Assembly (NCBI GenBank): GCA_963796055.1
Contig: CAWCKH010000004.1
Location: forward strand, 96,001 to 160,000
Source of the DNA: an uncultured delta proteobacterium
GTDB taxonomy: Bacteria; Myxococcota; Myxococcia; Myxococcales; Myxococcaceae
Length of the DNA stretch: 64,000 bases
Direction: 5' to 3'
Part shown: piece by piece, positions 1 to 10,922 of the stretch
Numbering within the stretch: the first letter of the stretch is position 1
Layout of the letters: each line of letters begins with the position of its first letter
The notes under the pieces: model-generated
What the model saw: the letters and a program-made list of their open reading frames with translations, nothing else
Databases searched by the model: none
What the model was told of the DNA's origin: nothing
Program-made: the position numbers and the translations under genes

Positions 1-1076
1 TCGTCAGGAAGCCAGGGATCTCCGGTGCTGATCGGGCCGGACACCAGCTTGACGTCCTGCGGCGCCATCACCGGCGGGGCGACGAACGGCGTGACCGGCC
101 CGGACTGCGGCGCGGGCGAGAGCGCGTTGCCGTAGGGAGAGTCCCACGGCCGGTAGTCGCCCTGGTCATCCGCCCACACGCGATAGGTGAAGGCCTGGGC
201 GGACGCGGAGAGGTTGGTCCGCACCAGCACCCGGCCGTCACTCCCGGAGATGACGTAGGCGTAGTAGTCGAGCGTCCTCGCCTCCGGGTCCCGCGAGGCG
301 ACCTCGACGTAGTACGCGGGCTCGAGCGAGCCCGGCTGGTGGAAGAGGACCTGCCTGGCGCGGGCGGGGAAGCGCAGCGGGGACGGAGTGGAGACGTCGG
401 CGCGGATCTGGACCCCGCGGTAGTCCCCCCGGATGACGCCGTTCTCCTCGAACGCGCCGGCGCCCAGTGGCGTGCCGGTGAGGTCGCCGTAGGCCGCTGC
501 CACCGCTGCGGCGTGGCTCACCTGGAAGCTCGGCTGCGGCTGCCGGACGCTGCTCGCCGTGGCGGAGAAGAGCGCCGCCGCGGATTCCGGCGTGGAGACG
601 TAGCCGGTGAGCCCGACCAGCCGGAGCTTCCGGTCCATCACCACGTTCAGCTGCTCGCCCCAGACCTCGAGACCGCCGGGACGCGAGACCAGGTTGACGA
701 TGATCGCCCCCCGGCCCGTGTCGTGGACCTGCTTGACGGTGAGCGCGTCGGCGTCTGCCGACCGGAGGAAGTACGCGCCGGCGTACGAGCGCAGGTGCTC
801 CCGCGCTGCGTCCGCAGGCGTGCGCGCGCTCGGCACGGGGCCCACCGCGCTGTACGGCGCACGGATGACCGTCGGCAGCGCGAACCGCGCCTCGGCGGCC
901 TTGACCGAGCTGGTTTGCGGGAGGCGCCGGTTCACGGCCTGCAACGTGCTGCTCGTCGCCGGTCGCGAGGGTCCGGAGTAGACCGCGTGGTAGTTGGGCA
1001 GATCGCGCGCGAGCGCGGGGACGGAGAGCAGCAGAAGAGCGGCCGTCAAGCGGACGCCCGGAGTGCGACGACGCAT
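1..1076 (-). CDS. Secreted M36 (fungalysin-like) myxobacterial metallopeptidase, N-terminal part; runs off the window edge and is absent from the ORF track
   Basis: Manual translation from ATG 1076: MRRRTPGVRLTAALLLLSVPALARDLPNY (signal peptide), FTP/PepSY-like propeptide (VHDTGRGAIIV; PAYYVEV...YAYVISGSDGRVL), then FTYRVWAD...GPISTGDPWLPD. The catalytic HEXXH lies outside the window. Confidence 0.75.
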   Translation of the reverse strand, partial: MRRRTPGVRLTAALLLLSVPALARDLPNYHAVYSGPSRPATSSTLQAVNRRLPQTSSVKAAEARFALPTVIRAPYSAVGPVPSARTPADAAREHLRSYAGAYFLRSADADALTVKQVHDTGRGAIIVNLVSRPGGLEVWGEQLNVVMDRKLRLVGLTGYVSTPESAAALFSATASSVRQPQPSFQVSHAAAVAAAYGDLTGTPLGAGAFEENGVIRGDYRGVQIRADVSTPSPLRFPARARQVLFHQPGSLEPAYYVEVASRDPEARTLDYYAYVISGSDGRVLVRTNLSASAQAFTYRVWADDQGDYRPWDSPYGNALSPAPQSGPVTPFVAPPVMAPQDVKLVSGPISTGDPWLPD

Positions 1077-1344
1077 GCGAACCTCGGCGGGGATGGGAGG
1101 GGCGGCGACGGCGCGCGCGCAATGCACCTGCACGGACCGGCCGTGTTGGCGAGCCATCGACCCCCTCCCTCCAGAGCGACAGGACGCTAGAGGATGGCGC
1201 CGCACCGGGAGCCCGCAGTTTTCCGGGAAATTCAGAGGGACCCACCCCTCCAGCGTTCAGAGGTGAACAAAACCCCTCTGCGCCGAGGTCTTCGGATGCG
1301 GCGTGGGGGGAGCAGTCTCGAATCTCGCGGCCCGGACACCGAGC

Positions 1345-2055
1345 TCAGAGCCCGAGGTACGCCTCGCGGATGCTCGCGTCGGAGATGAGCTGGGACGCCG
1401 CCCCTTCCTTCACCAGCTTTCCGTGCTCGATGACGTAGCCCCGGTCGGAGATCTCCAGCCCCTCCATCACCTTCTGCTCGACGATCAGCACCGTGACCGA
1501 CTTGGAGATCTCCCGCACCGCCGCCAGGGTCTGCTCGGTCAGCTTGGGTGACAGCCCCAGCGACGGCTCGTCGAGCATCAGGAGCTTCGGCTCGGACATC
1601 AGGGCCCGGCTGATGGCCACCATCTGCTGCTCGCCGCCGGAGAGCGTCCCCGCCAGCTGCTTCCGCCGCTCCGCCAGGCGGGGGAAGAGCGCGTACATCC
1701 GCTCGAGGTTGGCGGAGCGCTGGGCTCGGGCCCGGGAGAGCTGCGAGCCGAGGTAGAGGTTCTCCTCCACCGTCATCTCCGGAAAGAGCTGGCGCCCCTC
1801 GGGGACGTGGCCAATGCCGAGGTCGACGATGGTGTCCGCAGCGGTGCGGGTGATGTCCTTCCCCTCGAAGTGCACCGAACCCGACCGCGGCCGGAGCAGA
1901 CCGGAGATGACCCGGAGACAGGTCGTCTTCCCCGCCCCGTTTCCCCCGAGCAGCGCCAGGACCTCGTTGGGCCGCACCTCGAAGCTCACTCCGAACAGCG
2001 CCTGGAAGTCGCCGTAGTAGGCAACGACGTCGCGGAGCTCGAGCAGCGCGGTCAT
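1345..2055 (-). CDS. livF: Branched-chain amino acid ABC transporter ATP-binding protein
   Basis: Walker A GGNGAGKT, LSGGEQQM signature, LDEPSLGL, C-terminal IREAYLG. Confidence 0.93.
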   Translation of the reverse strand: MTALLELRDVVAYYGDFQALFGVSFEVRPNEVLALLGGNGAGKTTCLRVISGLLRPRSGSVHFEGKDITRTAADTIVDLGIGHVPEGRQLFPEMTVEENLYLGSQLSRARAQRSANLERMYALFPRLAERRKQLAGTLSGGEQQMVAISRALMSEPKLLMLDEPSLGLSPKLTEQTLAAVREISKSVTVLIVEQKVMEGLEISDRGYVIEHGKLVKEGAASQLISDASIREAYLGL

Positions 2056-2792
2056 CGCCCAGCCCCGGCCATGAACTTCGAGCCCAGGTAGGCCTCGATC
2101 ACCTTCGGGTCCCGCACCACCTCCGCTGGAGGTCCCTCGGCGATCTTCCGTCCCTGGTCGAGCACCACCACCCGGGAAGCCAGCGACATCACGATCCGCA
2201 TGATGTGCTCCACCCCACCCACGCTGGTGATGCCGAACTCCCGGAGCCGCTTGATCAGCGCCACCACCTCCTCGCCTTCGCGCGGATTGAGACCGGCCAT
2301 CACCTCGTCCAGGAGCAACAGCCGTGCCCCGGTGCCGATGGCCCGGGCGACCTCCAGGAGCTTGCGCTGGGCGAGCGGAAGCCCGCTGGCCAGCTGATCG
2401 GCCCGCGCCCCCAGACCGATGAAGGCCAGGATCTCGTCTGCCCGCGCCGCCGCATCCGCGCGCCGCGGGTGCTGGAGGAACGTTCCCAGCATCACGTTCT
2501 CGCGCACCGTCAGCGCGGGGAGCGGCTGGACCACCTGGAACGTCCGTCCGATGCCCAGCCGAGTCGCCTGATACGGCTCGCCCCCGGTGATGTCCCGTCC
2601 GGCGAAGCGAATGGTGCCCGCGTCCGGCTTCACGAAGCCAGTGATGAGGTTGAAGACGGTGGTCTTCCCCGCACCATTGGGGCCAATCAGAAAGACGATT
2701 TCCCCCTCGTCGACGTGAAAGCTGACGTCGTTGGTGGCAATCAACCCTCCGAAGCGCTTGATCACCTTCTCGAACTCGAGGATTCGCGGCAT
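2052..2792 (-). CDS. livG: Branched-chain amino acid ABC transporter ATP-binding protein
   Basis: FGGL, GPNGAGKTT, RTFQ, LLLDEVMAG, DPKVIEAYLG. Confidence 0.93.
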   Translation of the reverse strand: MPRILEFEKVIKRFGGLIATNDVSFHVDEGEIVFLIGPNGAGKTTVFNLITGFVKPDAGTIRFAGRDITGGEPYQATRLGIGRTFQVVQPLPALTVRENVMLGTFLQHPRRADAAARADEILAFIGLGARADQLASGLPLAQRKLLEVARAIGTGARLLLLDEVMAGLNPREGEEVVALIKRLREFGITSVGGVEHIMRIVMSLASRVVVLDQGRKIAEGPPAEVVRDPKVIEAYLGSKFMAGAGR

Positions 2793-2795
2793 GGC

Positions 2796-3758
2796 CTAGC
2801 CCTGGACCGAGCCGATGGGGCCGGCCTCACGCCTGAACCGCCGACGCCCCTCGAAGAGGGAGATCACCCCCCCGGGAAGGAACACCACCACCACGATCAG
2901 CAGCAGGCCGTAGACCACCAGGTGGGTGTGCTCGAAGTAGGTCTTGAAGATCTCCGCGGTGAGCGTGAGGACGATCGAGCCGAGGATCGGCCCCCACACC
3001 GTCCCCGCGCCCCCGAGCATGGCGATCAGCGCCGCCTGCACCGAGATCTCGATGTTGAGCACCGTGTCCGGGCCCACGAAGCTGAAGTAACTGGCGTAGA
3101 TGCTCCCGGCCAGCGCGGTGAACATCGCGCTGGGGATCAGCGCCAGCAGCTTCTCCCGGGCCGGGTTCACCCCGACAGCCATCGCGGTGTCCTCGTTCTC
3201 CCGGATGGCCCGGAGCCGGTACCCGAAGCGCGAGGAGTGGATCCAGGTCGCCAGGGCGAACGCCGCCCCCAGCAGGGGGATGGACCCGAAGAAGAACTTG
3301 GCGTCCAGATCCGGCGCCTGGAACAGGAGCGGCGCGTTGGTGCCCACCGCGCCATGGGTGAGCTCGTCCTGGTTCTGCACCAGCACCCGGATGATCTCCG
3401 CTGCGGCGATGGTGGAGAGGGCGAAGTACGGCCCCCGGAGCCGGAAGGTGATGCTCCCGATGAGCAGCGCGGCGACGGCCGCCAGCACCGCACCGAGCAC
3501 CACCCCCAGCCAGGGGTTCCAGCCGATGCGCTCGGTGGAGAGCGTCATCGCGTAGGCGCCGATCCCGAAGTACGCCACGTGGCCGAGGCTCAGCTGCCCG
3601 GCGTAACCGCCCACGAGGTTCCAGGCGATGCCCAGGACCGCGAAGACGATGACCCGGAACACCAGCTGCAGCACGTACCCGTCGTGCATCCACAGGGGGA
3701 AGCTGGCCAGGGCGACGAAGAACGCCGCGGTCAGTCCCCAGCGACGGAGCCGGCTCAT
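2796..3758 (-). CDS. livM: Branched-chain amino acid ABC transporter permease
   Basis: WNLVGGYAGQLSLGH, RLRGPYFAL, AIRENE, GGAGT..GP; multiple TM helices. Confidence 0.92.
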   Translation of the reverse strand: MSRLRRWGLTAAFFVALASFPLWMHDGYVLQLVFRVIVFAVLGIAWNLVGGYAGQLSLGHVAYFGIGAYAMTLSTERIGWNPWLGVVLGAVLAAVAALLIGSITFRLRGPYFALSTIAAAEIIRVLVQNQDELTHGAVGTNAPLLFQAPDLDAKFFFGSIPLLGAAFALATWIHSSRFGYRLRAIRENEDTAMAVGVNPAREKLLALIPSAMFTALAGSIYASYFSFVGPDTVLNIEISVQAALIAMLGGAGTVWGPILGSIVLTLTAEIFKTYFEHTHLVVYGLLLIVVVVFLPGGVISLFEGRRRFRREAGPIGSVQG

Positions 3759-4615
3759 GTTTTCCCCCCGAAGAGCCCCTGGGGCCGGAAGACCAGTACC
3801 AGGAGGAAGATGACGAAGTTCACCACCTCGGCGTAGCGGTCGGCCCAGGTGTACGCGGTGAACTGCTCCGCCACCCCGAGCAGCAGCCCCCCCAGCGCCG
3901 CGCCCTGCACGCTCCCCATGCCCCCCAGCACCACGATGACGAAGGACTTCAGGGTGTAGGGCCCGCCCACCGTGGGGTTGGTCCAGAAGATGGGCAGCAG
4001 CAACGCTCCTGCCACCCCGGCGCAGGCGACGCCCAGCCCGAAAGTGATGGCCGACACCCGCTCCACCCGGATGCCCATCAGCGGGGCCACGGTGCGGTTC
4101 TGGGCCACCGCGCGGATGGCCCGGCCCATCTCGGTGTGCCCGAGGAACTGGCGCAGCGCGACGACCAGCGCCAGCGACACCGCGAAGGACAGGATGTACC
4201 CCACGCTGAAGTGCAGCTGGCCGAGGCTGGTGATGCGGTTGGCGATGGGGAGATTGATCTGCCGGTAGTCCGCCCCGAAGACCAGCTGGGCCAGCCCCAC
4301 CAGGGTCAGGCTGATCCCCTCGGTGAGGAGGATCTGCAGGAAGTCGTTGGCCCCCATCACCCGTCGCACCAGGAGCCGGTAGACGCCCACCGCGAACACG
4401 AAGAGCACCGCGCCCCAGACCGGGAACGCGAGGTAGGGGTTGAGACCCAGGAGCACCCAGCCGTAGTAGCTGAGGTACGTCCCGAGCATCAGGAAGGCCC
4501 CGTGGGCGAAGTTCACCAGGCGCATGACGCCGAAGATCAGCGCCATGCCACTGGCGATCAGCGCGTAGACGCCTCCCACCAGCAGGCCGTTGAGAAAGGC
4601 CTGCAGGAATTGCAC
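3755..4615 (-). CDS. livH: Branched-chain amino acid ABC transporter permease
   Basis: GGVYALIASG..LIFGVM..VNFAHG, GRAIRAVAQN, VVLGGMGS, RPQGLFG. Confidence 0.92.
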   Translation of the reverse strand: MQFLQAFLNGLLVGGVYALIASGMALIFGVMRLVNFAHGAFLMLGTYLSYYGWVLLGLNPYLAFPVWGAVLFVFAVGVYRLLVRRVMGANDFLQILLTEGISLTLVGLAQLVFGADYRQINLPIANRITSLGQLHFSVGYILSFAVSLALVVALRQFLGHTEMGRAIRAVAQNRTVAPLMGIRVERVSAITFGLGVACAGVAGALLLPIFWTNPTVGGPYTLKSFVIVVLGGMGSVQGAALGGLLLGVAEQFTAYTWADRYAEVVNFVIFLLVLVFRPQGLFGGKT

Positions 4616-4616
4616 G

Positions 4617-5795
4617 TCAGCGCTCGCTCCACTTCGGGGTGGGGACGATCGCGTCGCCAGTGGCCTCGGCCTTGGGGGAAACGATCACGTACTTTCCCTT
4701 CTGGATCTGGGTCACCAGGACCGGATGCGCGTTCTGCCCCCGGGCGTCGAACTTCACCGGGCCGAAGGTGGTCTGGGGCATGTCGGTGGCCTTCAGCGCG
4801 TCGCGGATCGCGACCGGGTCCCACTTGCCGGCCCGCTTCACCGCGTCGGCCATCACCTTCAGCGCGGTGTAGGCCTGCACCGCGTGGTAGGCGGGGATGG
4901 ACCCGTACTTCGCCTCGAACTTCTTGGCGAACTCGGCGCTCCCCGGCCACTTCGATTCCGGCATCCACTGGGTGACGCTGAAGGTGTACTCGGCGTCCTT
5001 CCCGGCTCCCTTCTCCGCGGTCGGGAACTCGGGGGCGCTGAAGCCGGTGCCCGCCGCGGTGTAGTACCGAGGGTTCAGATCCACCTGCCGCGCCTGGTGC
5101 ATCAGGCTCGTCGCATCCAGCAGGTAGCTGGCGAAGTAGATCGTGTCCGGGTTCTTCTCCTTCACCTTCTGGAGCATGGCGGTGTAGCTCGGGGACTTGG
5201 CGGTGTACGACTCGTCGGCGACGATGGGGATGCCCGCCTCGGTGGCCGCCTTCTTCATCGACGCCCCGTTGGCCTGCCCGAAGTTGGTGTTCTCGTAGAT
5301 GATCGCCAGGGCCTTCGGCACTCCCACTTCCTTGAAGAAGACCATCATGGCGTTGGCGTAGCCGGTGGCTCCGGCGCAGAGCCGGAAGCTCCAGCCCTCG
5401 GTGTTGTCGAGCACGTTGTCCGCGGTGGCGGTGGGCATCAGCAGTGGCACACCGCGCCGGGCCACCAGCGGGACGATGGCCTTGGTGCTCTCCGACGAGT
5501 AGGACCCGATGAGCGCGCTCACCTTGTCCTGGTCCACCAGCTTGGCGACGCCCGAGGCGGCGATGTCGGCCTTGCTCTGGTCGTCGTACTTCACGATCTC
5601 CAGCGGCTTTCCGAGCACGCCACCCGAGGCGTTGATCTCCTCGAGGGCGATCTCGTAGCCCCGGTCGTGGGCCTGACCAAACGCCTGCTGGCTTCCGGTG
5701 AGCGCGGTGATGATTCCGATCCGGCCGGGCTTGCTCTGTGGACAGGCGGTGAGAGCGAGGACGGCGAAGGCGAGGACGAGGCGACGGGGGGGCAT
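4617..5795 (-). CDS. ABC transporter substrate-binding lipoprotein (LivJ/LivK family)
   Basis: Lipobox LTAC; EEINASGGVLG, DDQS, FGPVKFD motifs; first gene of the liv operon. Confidence 0.9.
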   Translation of the reverse strand: MPPRRLVLAFAVLALTACPQSKPGRIGIITALTGSQQAFGQAHDRGYEIALEEINASGGVLGKPLEIVKYDDQSKADIAASGVAKLVDQDKVSALIGSYSSESTKAIVPLVARRGVPLLMPTATADNVLDNTEGWSFRLCAGATGYANAMMVFFKEVGVPKALAIIYENTNFGQANGASMKKAATEAGIPIVADESYTAKSPSYTAMLQKVKEKNPDTIYFASYLLDATSLMHQARQVDLNPRYYTAAGTGFSAPEFPTAEKGAGKDAEYTFSVTQWMPESKWPGSAEFAKKFEAKYGSIPAYHAVQAYTALKVMADAVKRAGKWDPVAIRDALKATDMPQTTFGPVKFDARGQNAHPVLVTQIQKGKYVIVSPKAEATGDAIVPTPKWSER

Positions 5796-6063
5796 CGATT
5801 CACTCCTCTGTGCGTTCCACTCGGAGTAGGTCAGCCCAGGTATCCGGCACCAGCGAAAAAGAGACGGCCGTGCAGCAACCGCACATCAGCATCGTGACGC
5901 TCTGCGTTGATTCCTGCCCGGTGGACGACGCCCCGCGTCTTCTGCGGAACATTGCCTGGTTTTTCGCCCATCGCTGAACGGCGAGGACACCCCGTATCTG
6001 GACTGACCCCGCCGCTCGGGTGGAGAGAAGAGGTTGGAACGCAAAGAGGGAGACAGATTGCCG

Positions 6064-6387
6064 ATGCCGTCGAAGAGGAACTTCGTCGCCCAGGAGACCC
6101 CCGAGCCCTCCGGCTCCCCCCAGCCGACCGAGCAGGCGCCGAAGGGGCGCACGCGCCCGGCCCGGACCCCGCGCCCGTCCCGGGGCGCCGCGGTCATCCC
6201 CGCGCCGCGCAAGGCCGAGCTCCACCGGGTACCCATGCCGCCCCGGCCCATGCCCACCCGGGAGCAGATCGCCCGGCGGGCCTACGAGATCTGGCTGCAG
6301 AGCGGGTGCCTGTGCGGTCGCGACGACGAGAACTGGGCCCAGGCCGAGCGCGAGCTGTCGGCCGGATGCTCAGCGCAGCAGGGCTGA
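6064..6387 (+). CDS. DUF2934-like small protein
   Basis: C-terminal EQIARRAYEIW...G.DDENWAQAERE motif; ATG 6064 follows GAGGGGAG. Confidence 0.75.
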   Translation: MPSKRNFVAQETPEPSGSPQPTEQAPKGRTRPARTPRPSRGAAVIPAPRKAELHRVPMPPRPMPTREQIARRAYEIWLQSGCLCGRDDENWAQAERELSAGCSAQQG

Positions 6388-7401
6388 CCGGGCGGCCCTG
6401 AGCTGCTCGAAGACCCGCTCGGCCTCGAGAACCGAGCGCATGGCCAGCCCGCACGCCGGCGTGGCCACGAAGTGACGCAGCGCCTCGGGCCGGTCCGGCA
6501 GCGCAGCGGCGAACGAGGTCTCCACCGCCCGGGCCAATTCCTGAGGATCCGCCTCCTGGCCGAGATCCGTCGGGACCAGCCCCAACGAGAAGGCCCCGCC
6601 CTGGTCCAGGAAGCGCCGCACCGCCCGCGGCTCGTCCAGCACCGCATCCAGCGACAGCCGGACATCGAAGGACAAGAGATCCACGCCCAGGTCGAGCAGC
6701 GCTCCCCAGCGGGTGTTGCCGCAGCAGTGCACCCCCACCAGCGCCCCTTGCTGGCGGAGCGCGGAGACCAGCAGGCGCAGCTCCGAGAGCACCGCCAGAT
6801 GCTCGGGGTCGGTGGTGTCCAGCGCGTAGAGCCCCGGCTCGTCCAGGTAGAACAGCACCGTCGCCCCCGCCGCCCGGAGCGCCTGCACCAGCGCCAGCGA
6901 GCGCACCAGCACCAGCCGGAACACCTGCGCATCGAGCCCGGGGTGGTCCGAGAGCGGCGCGCCGCCGGAGAGCCGCGAGCTCCAGCGTACCGTCGCCGGT
7001 CCGGCGATCTGGGCCTTGGCGAAGGCGAGCTTCCGCTCCCGGACCTCCCAGAGGAACGGCCGGAGCGCGCGCGCCGCGGTGACGCCGGGGAGGAAGGCCG
7101 AGGCGTCGCCGGTCCGGAGCGCCGTGTCGATGCGCGCGTCCAGCTCCCCGCGCCCTGCCTCCCACGCCCCGAGGTTCACGGTGCACACCCCGTCGTCGGT
7201 GGCCTGCAGCCCGGGGAGCCCCTCCAGGGCGGCCGGCACCATCAGCTCCGAGGGGTTGTCGGCCGGAAGCTGGGGCAGGTAGGGCACGTCCACCGCCAGC
7301 GCCATCTGCAGCGCCAGCTCCATCTGGGTGTGCGGCAGGCTGCCGATCCCGGTGATGGCACCGCGGGGAAGCAGCGCGAGGGCAGCCCGGACGTCGGCCA
7401 T
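6370..7401 (-). CDS. Core (single-barrel) MetE-like methionine synthase
   Basis: TGIGSLPH, PQLP, KAQIAGPAT, DEP, GVHCCG and ATPACGL (Zn ligands H-x-C...C); directly downstream of metH. Confidence 0.75.
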   Translation of the reverse strand: MADVRAALALLPRGAITGIGSLPHTQMELALQMALAVDVPYLPQLPADNPSELMVPAALEGLPGLQATDDGVCTVNLGAWEAGRGELDARIDTALRTGDASAFLPGVTAARALRPFLWEVRERKLAFAKAQIAGPATVRWSSRLSGGAPLSDHPGLDAQVFRLVLVRSLALVQALRAAGATVLFYLDEPGLYALDTTDPEHLAVLSELRLLVSALRQQGALVGVHCCGNTRWGALLDLGVDLLSFDVRLSLDAVLDEPRAVRRFLDQGGAFSLGLVPTDLGQEADPQELARAVETSFAAALPDRPEALRHFVATPACGLAMRSVLEAERVFEQLRAARSALLR

Positions 7402-7442
7402 TCAATGCTCCGACCAGGGTGTGGTGAGCATGGCGGGGAGCA

Positions 7443-10400
7443 TTAGGTCACCGAGAAGTAGAAGGCGTCGGGGTGGTGGAAGACCAGCGCCGACACCGAG
7501 GCCTCGGGCTCCATCATGCAACCCTCGGTCAGGGTGACGCCGATGTCCTCCGGCCGGAGCACGCCGAAGAGCTGGTGCTGGTCCTCGAGCCGCGGGCAGG
7601 CCGGGTATCCAAACGAGTAGCGCTTCCCGGAGTACTCGGCGCGAAAGCGCTCCAGCATCGTCATCTCCGGTCCGTCCGGCGTGCCCCACATGCTCCGGAT
7701 GCGGGAGTGGAGCAGCTCGGCGTAGGCCTCCGCGCTCTCCAGCGCCAGCGCCTGGACCCCGTGCATCTTCACGAAGTCGCCGGAGGCCTTGAAGCGCTCC
7801 GACAGCTTGCGGACACCCTTGCCCGCTGTCACCACGAAGAGGCAGAGGTTGTCGGTGGGCCGGCCGGACTCGAGCGGCTTCACGAAATCGGCCAGGCAGA
7901 TGCCGCCTGGCCGGGCCTGGCGCTGGAACTCGAAGGACGTCACCTCGGCACCGGTGTCGCCGTCGAAGAGGACCAGGCGGTTCCCCTCCGAGCCCGCCCG
8001 GTAGAACCGGAACACCGCCCGGGCCTCCAAGGTCCCCTTCAGCTCGTCCTTGAGCCCGTCCAGCGCCGCCTTGAGCGCCAGCGCCTTCCGCCCGTCCTCG
8101 GTGTCGGCCAGCTTCGCCTCCGCCGGGGTGCCCAGGGCGCGTGCCGCCGAGCCCTTCACCCCGAAGTGGCGGCCGTAGAGCATCACCGGGTTGACGAAGC
8201 GCCAGATCTGCTCCAGCGGGGTATTGGAGATCACGTGCCGTTCCCAGTCCGGCGGGGTGGGGACGGACTCGAGGATGCGCACCTCGCGCGAGCGGGTGGC
8301 CGGAGCGCTCGGCGTGGGCGCCGGGCGGTTGGCCGTCTCCGCCGCCAGCTTCTCCCGGCGGACCCGCAGCTCGTCGTTCAGCCGCTTCAGCCCACCCGGG
8401 TCCACGATCTGCTTGGCCAGCTCCAGCCCGCTCATCGCGTCCTGGGCGTAGGCCACGGTGCCGGCGTAGGCCGGGGCGATGGAGCGGTCCACGAAGTTGC
8501 GAGACAGCGCCGCGCCCCCCACCAGGACCGGAAGGTTCACCCCGGCGCGCGAGAGGTCCTCCGCCGTGGCCACCATCTGGTGCGCGCTCTTCACCAGCAG
8601 GCCGGAGAGCCCGAGAATGTCCGGATTGTGCTGGCGCACCGCCGCCACCAGCTGCTCGGGCGGAACCTTGATTCCCAGATTGACCACCTGGAAGCCGTTG
8701 TTGGCGAAGATGATCTCCACCAGGTTCTTGCCGATGTCGTGGACGTCGCCCTTCACCGTGGCCAGCACCACCTTGCCCCGGGTGGCGCTGGAGGCCTTGT
8801 CCATGTGCGGCTCGAGGTAGCTCACCGCGGCCTTCATCACTTCCGCGCTCTGCAGCACCTCGGCCACGATCAGCTCGTTCTTCCCGAAGAGCCGTCCCAC
8901 CTCGTCCATCCCGGCCATCAGCGGGCCATTGATGATCTCCAGGGGCTTCTTGCCCTTCAGCGCCAGCTCGAGATCGGGGAGGAGCCCGTCGCGGCTCCCC
9001 TCGATGACGTAGCGCTGCAGCCGCTCCTCCAGCGGCAGCGTGTTCGTCGCCCGTGCGGGTGGCTTGCGCTCGCGGAAGTGCGCGGCGAAGGGGGTGATGG
9101 GGTCCGGGCCGCGGTTGAACAGGAGATCCTCGGACAGCCGCCGCTCCTCCTCGGGCAAGGAGGGGTAGCGCTCCAGCTTCTCCGAGTTGACCAGCGCCAT
9201 GTCCAGGCCGGCCTGGGTGCAGTGGTAGAGGAACACCGAGTTCAGCACCTCGCGTCCGGCGGTCGGCAGGCCGAAGGACACGTTGGAGATGCCGAGCACG
9301 GTCTTGCTCCGCGGGAAGCGCTGCTTGATGGCCCGGACGCCCTCGATGGTCTCCACCGCGCTGCCCACGTACTGCTGGTCGCCGGAGGCGCAGGGGAACA
9401 CCAGGGGGTCGAAGTACAGGTCCTCCTCGTGCAGGCCGTACTTCCCGGTCAGCAGGGCGTGGCTGCGCTCCGCCACCTCCAGCTTCCGCCCCCGGCTCAC
9501 CGCCATGCCGGTCTCGTCGATGCAACCCACGATGACCGCCGCGCCATAACGGCGGGCGAGTGGGACCACCTTGTGGAATCGCTCCTCGCCGTCCTCGAGG
9601 TTGATGGAGTTGATGATCGCCTTGCCCTGGCAGTAGGTGAGCGCGCGCTCCACCACCTTCTCGTCGGTGGAGTCGATCATCAAGGGCACGCGAACCTTCC
9701 GGATCACCGCGGCCAGGAAGCGCTCCATGTCCTGGAGCTCGTCCCGGTCAGGGTTGGCGAGGCAGAGGTCGAGCACCTGGGCGCCGCGCTTCACCTGGGC
9801 GCGGGCGATCTCCGAGGCGTCCTCCCACTGCTCGGCGACGATCAGGTCCTTGAACTTGCGGCTGCCGATGACGTTGGTGCGCTCGCCGACGATGACCGGG
9901 CGCACGTCCTCGCCCACCTCGAGGTAGTCCACCCCCGAGAGCCGGGAGGCACGCCGCGGCTGGGCACGGCGAGGTGGCAGGCCCCGGACCGCCTCGGCGA
10001 TGGCCCGGACGTGCTCGGGGGTGGTCCCGCAGCAGCCGCCGACGACGTTCAGCCAGCCCTCCTCGGCGAAGCGGCGCAGGGTCCGGGCGAGCATCGCCGG
10101 TGTCTCGAGATAGCGGCCGTTCTCGTCGGGGAGGCCGGCGTTCGGCACGCAGCCCACGGCGAACCCGGTCAGCTGGGCCAGCGACCGGATGTGGTCGGTC
10201 ATGAACTCGGGGCCGGTGGCGCAGTTGAGCCCGAGGTACAGCAGATCGACGTGCTCCACCGAGGTGGCCAGCGCCTCCACTGACTGGCCGGCGAGCATCG
10301 TGCCCATCGGCTCGATGGTCCCGGAGACGGCGATGGGGATGCGCCGCCCGACCTTGGCCAAGGCCCGCTCGCAGCCGAGCAGCGCCGCCTTGACGTTGCG

Positions 10401-10922
10401 GGTGTCCTGGGCGGTCTCGATGAGCAGGAAGTCCGCCCCGCCGACCACCAGGCCCTCGGCCTGCACCGCGAAGGTGTCGGTCAGAGCGTCGAAGCCGATG
10501 CCGCCGGTGACGCTGATCGCCTTGGTGGTCGGGCCGATGGAGCCGGCCACCCAGCGCGGTCGACCGTCCGCGGCCTCGGCGGCGTCCGACGCTTCACGGG
10601 CGAGCTCGGCTGCCCGGGCGTTGATCCGGAGCGCCTGGTCTTGCAGCCCGTACTCAGCAAGCACCAGCGGCGTGCCGCCGAACGTGTCGGTCTCGGTCAC
10701 GTCGGCGCCGGCCTCGAAGTAGGCCCGGTGGATGTCGCGGATCAGCTCCGGGCGGGTGAGGACGAGGTTCTCGTTGCACCCCTCGAGCTCGGGGCCACCG
10801 AAGTCCGCCGCCTTGAGGTTCTTCGACTGGATGAGCGTTCCCATCGCCCCGTCCAGGACCAGGATGCGCTGCTGGAGCGCCTCCCGTAGCCGCTGGATGC
10901 GCTGGTCGGTGGACGCGCTCAT
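7443..10922 (-). CDS. metH: Cobalamin-dependent methionine synthase
   Basis: [36 protein letters not shown] (B12 DxHxxG), [10 protein letters not shown] reactivation domain. Confidence 0.97.
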   Translation of the reverse strand: MSASTDQRIQRLREALQQRILVLDGAMGTLIQSKNLKAADFGGPELEGCNENLVLTRPELIRDIHRAYFEAGADVTETDTFGGTPLVLAEYGLQDQALRINARAAELAREASDAAEAADGRPRWVAGSIGPTTKAISVTGGIGFDALTDTFAVQAEGLVVGGADFLLIETAQDTRNVKAALLGCERALAKVGRRIPIAVSGTIEPMGTMLAGQSVEALATSVEHVDLLYLGLNCATGPEFMTDHIRSLAQLTGFAVGCVPNAGLPDENGRYLETPAMLARTLRRFAEEGWLNVVGGCCGTTPEHVRAIAEAVRGLPPRRAQPRRASRLSGVDYLEVGEDVRPVIVGERTNVIGSRKFKDLIVAEQWEDASEIARAQVKRGAQVLDLCLANPDRDELQDMERFLAAVIRKVRVPLMIDSTDEKVVERALTYCQGKAIINSINLEDGEERFHKVVPLARRYGAAVIVGCIDETGMAVSRGRKLEVAERSHALLTGKYGLHEEDLYFDPLVFPCASGDQQYVGSAVETIEGVRAIKQRFPRSKTVLGISNVSFGLPTAGREVLNSVFLYHCTQAGLDMALVNSEKLERYPSLPEEERRLSEDLLFNRGPDPITPFAAHFRERKPPARATNTLPLEERLQRYVIEGSRDGLLPDLELALKGKKPLEIINGPLMAGMDEVGRLFGKNELIVAEVLQSAEVMKAAVSYLEPHMDKASSATRGKVVLATVKGDVHDIGKNLVEIIFANNGFQVVNLGIKVPPEQLVAAVRQHNPDILGLSGLLVKSAHQMVATAEDLSRAGVNLPVLVGGAALSRNFVDRSIAPAYAGTVAYAQDAMSGLELAKQIVDPGGLKRLNDELRVRREKLAAETANRPAPTPSAPATRSREVRILESVPTPPDWERHVISNTPLEQIWRFVNPVMLYGRHFGVKGSAARALGTPAEAKLADTEDGRKALALKAALDGLKDELKGTLEARAVFRFYRAGSEGNRLVLFDGDTGAEVTSFEFQRQARPGGICLADFVKPLESGRPTDNLCLFVVTAGKGVRKLSERFKASGDFVKMHGVQALALESAEAYAELLHSRIRSMWGTPDGPEMTMLERFRAEYSGKRYSFGYPACPRLEDQHQLFGVLRPEDIGVTLTEGCMMEPEASVSALVFHHPDAFYFSVT

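Noticed and set aside
238..1245. Track ORFs 238..1245 (-) and 339..1190 (+)
   Set aside because: Off-frame or antisense shadows of the M36 peptidase, which the track missed because it has no stop in the window
7402..10283. Very long alternative ORFs over metH, and similar ones over the CHAT, TPR, recQ and S9 genes
   Set aside because: R/G/P/A-rich shadow frames expected at high GC; no motifs
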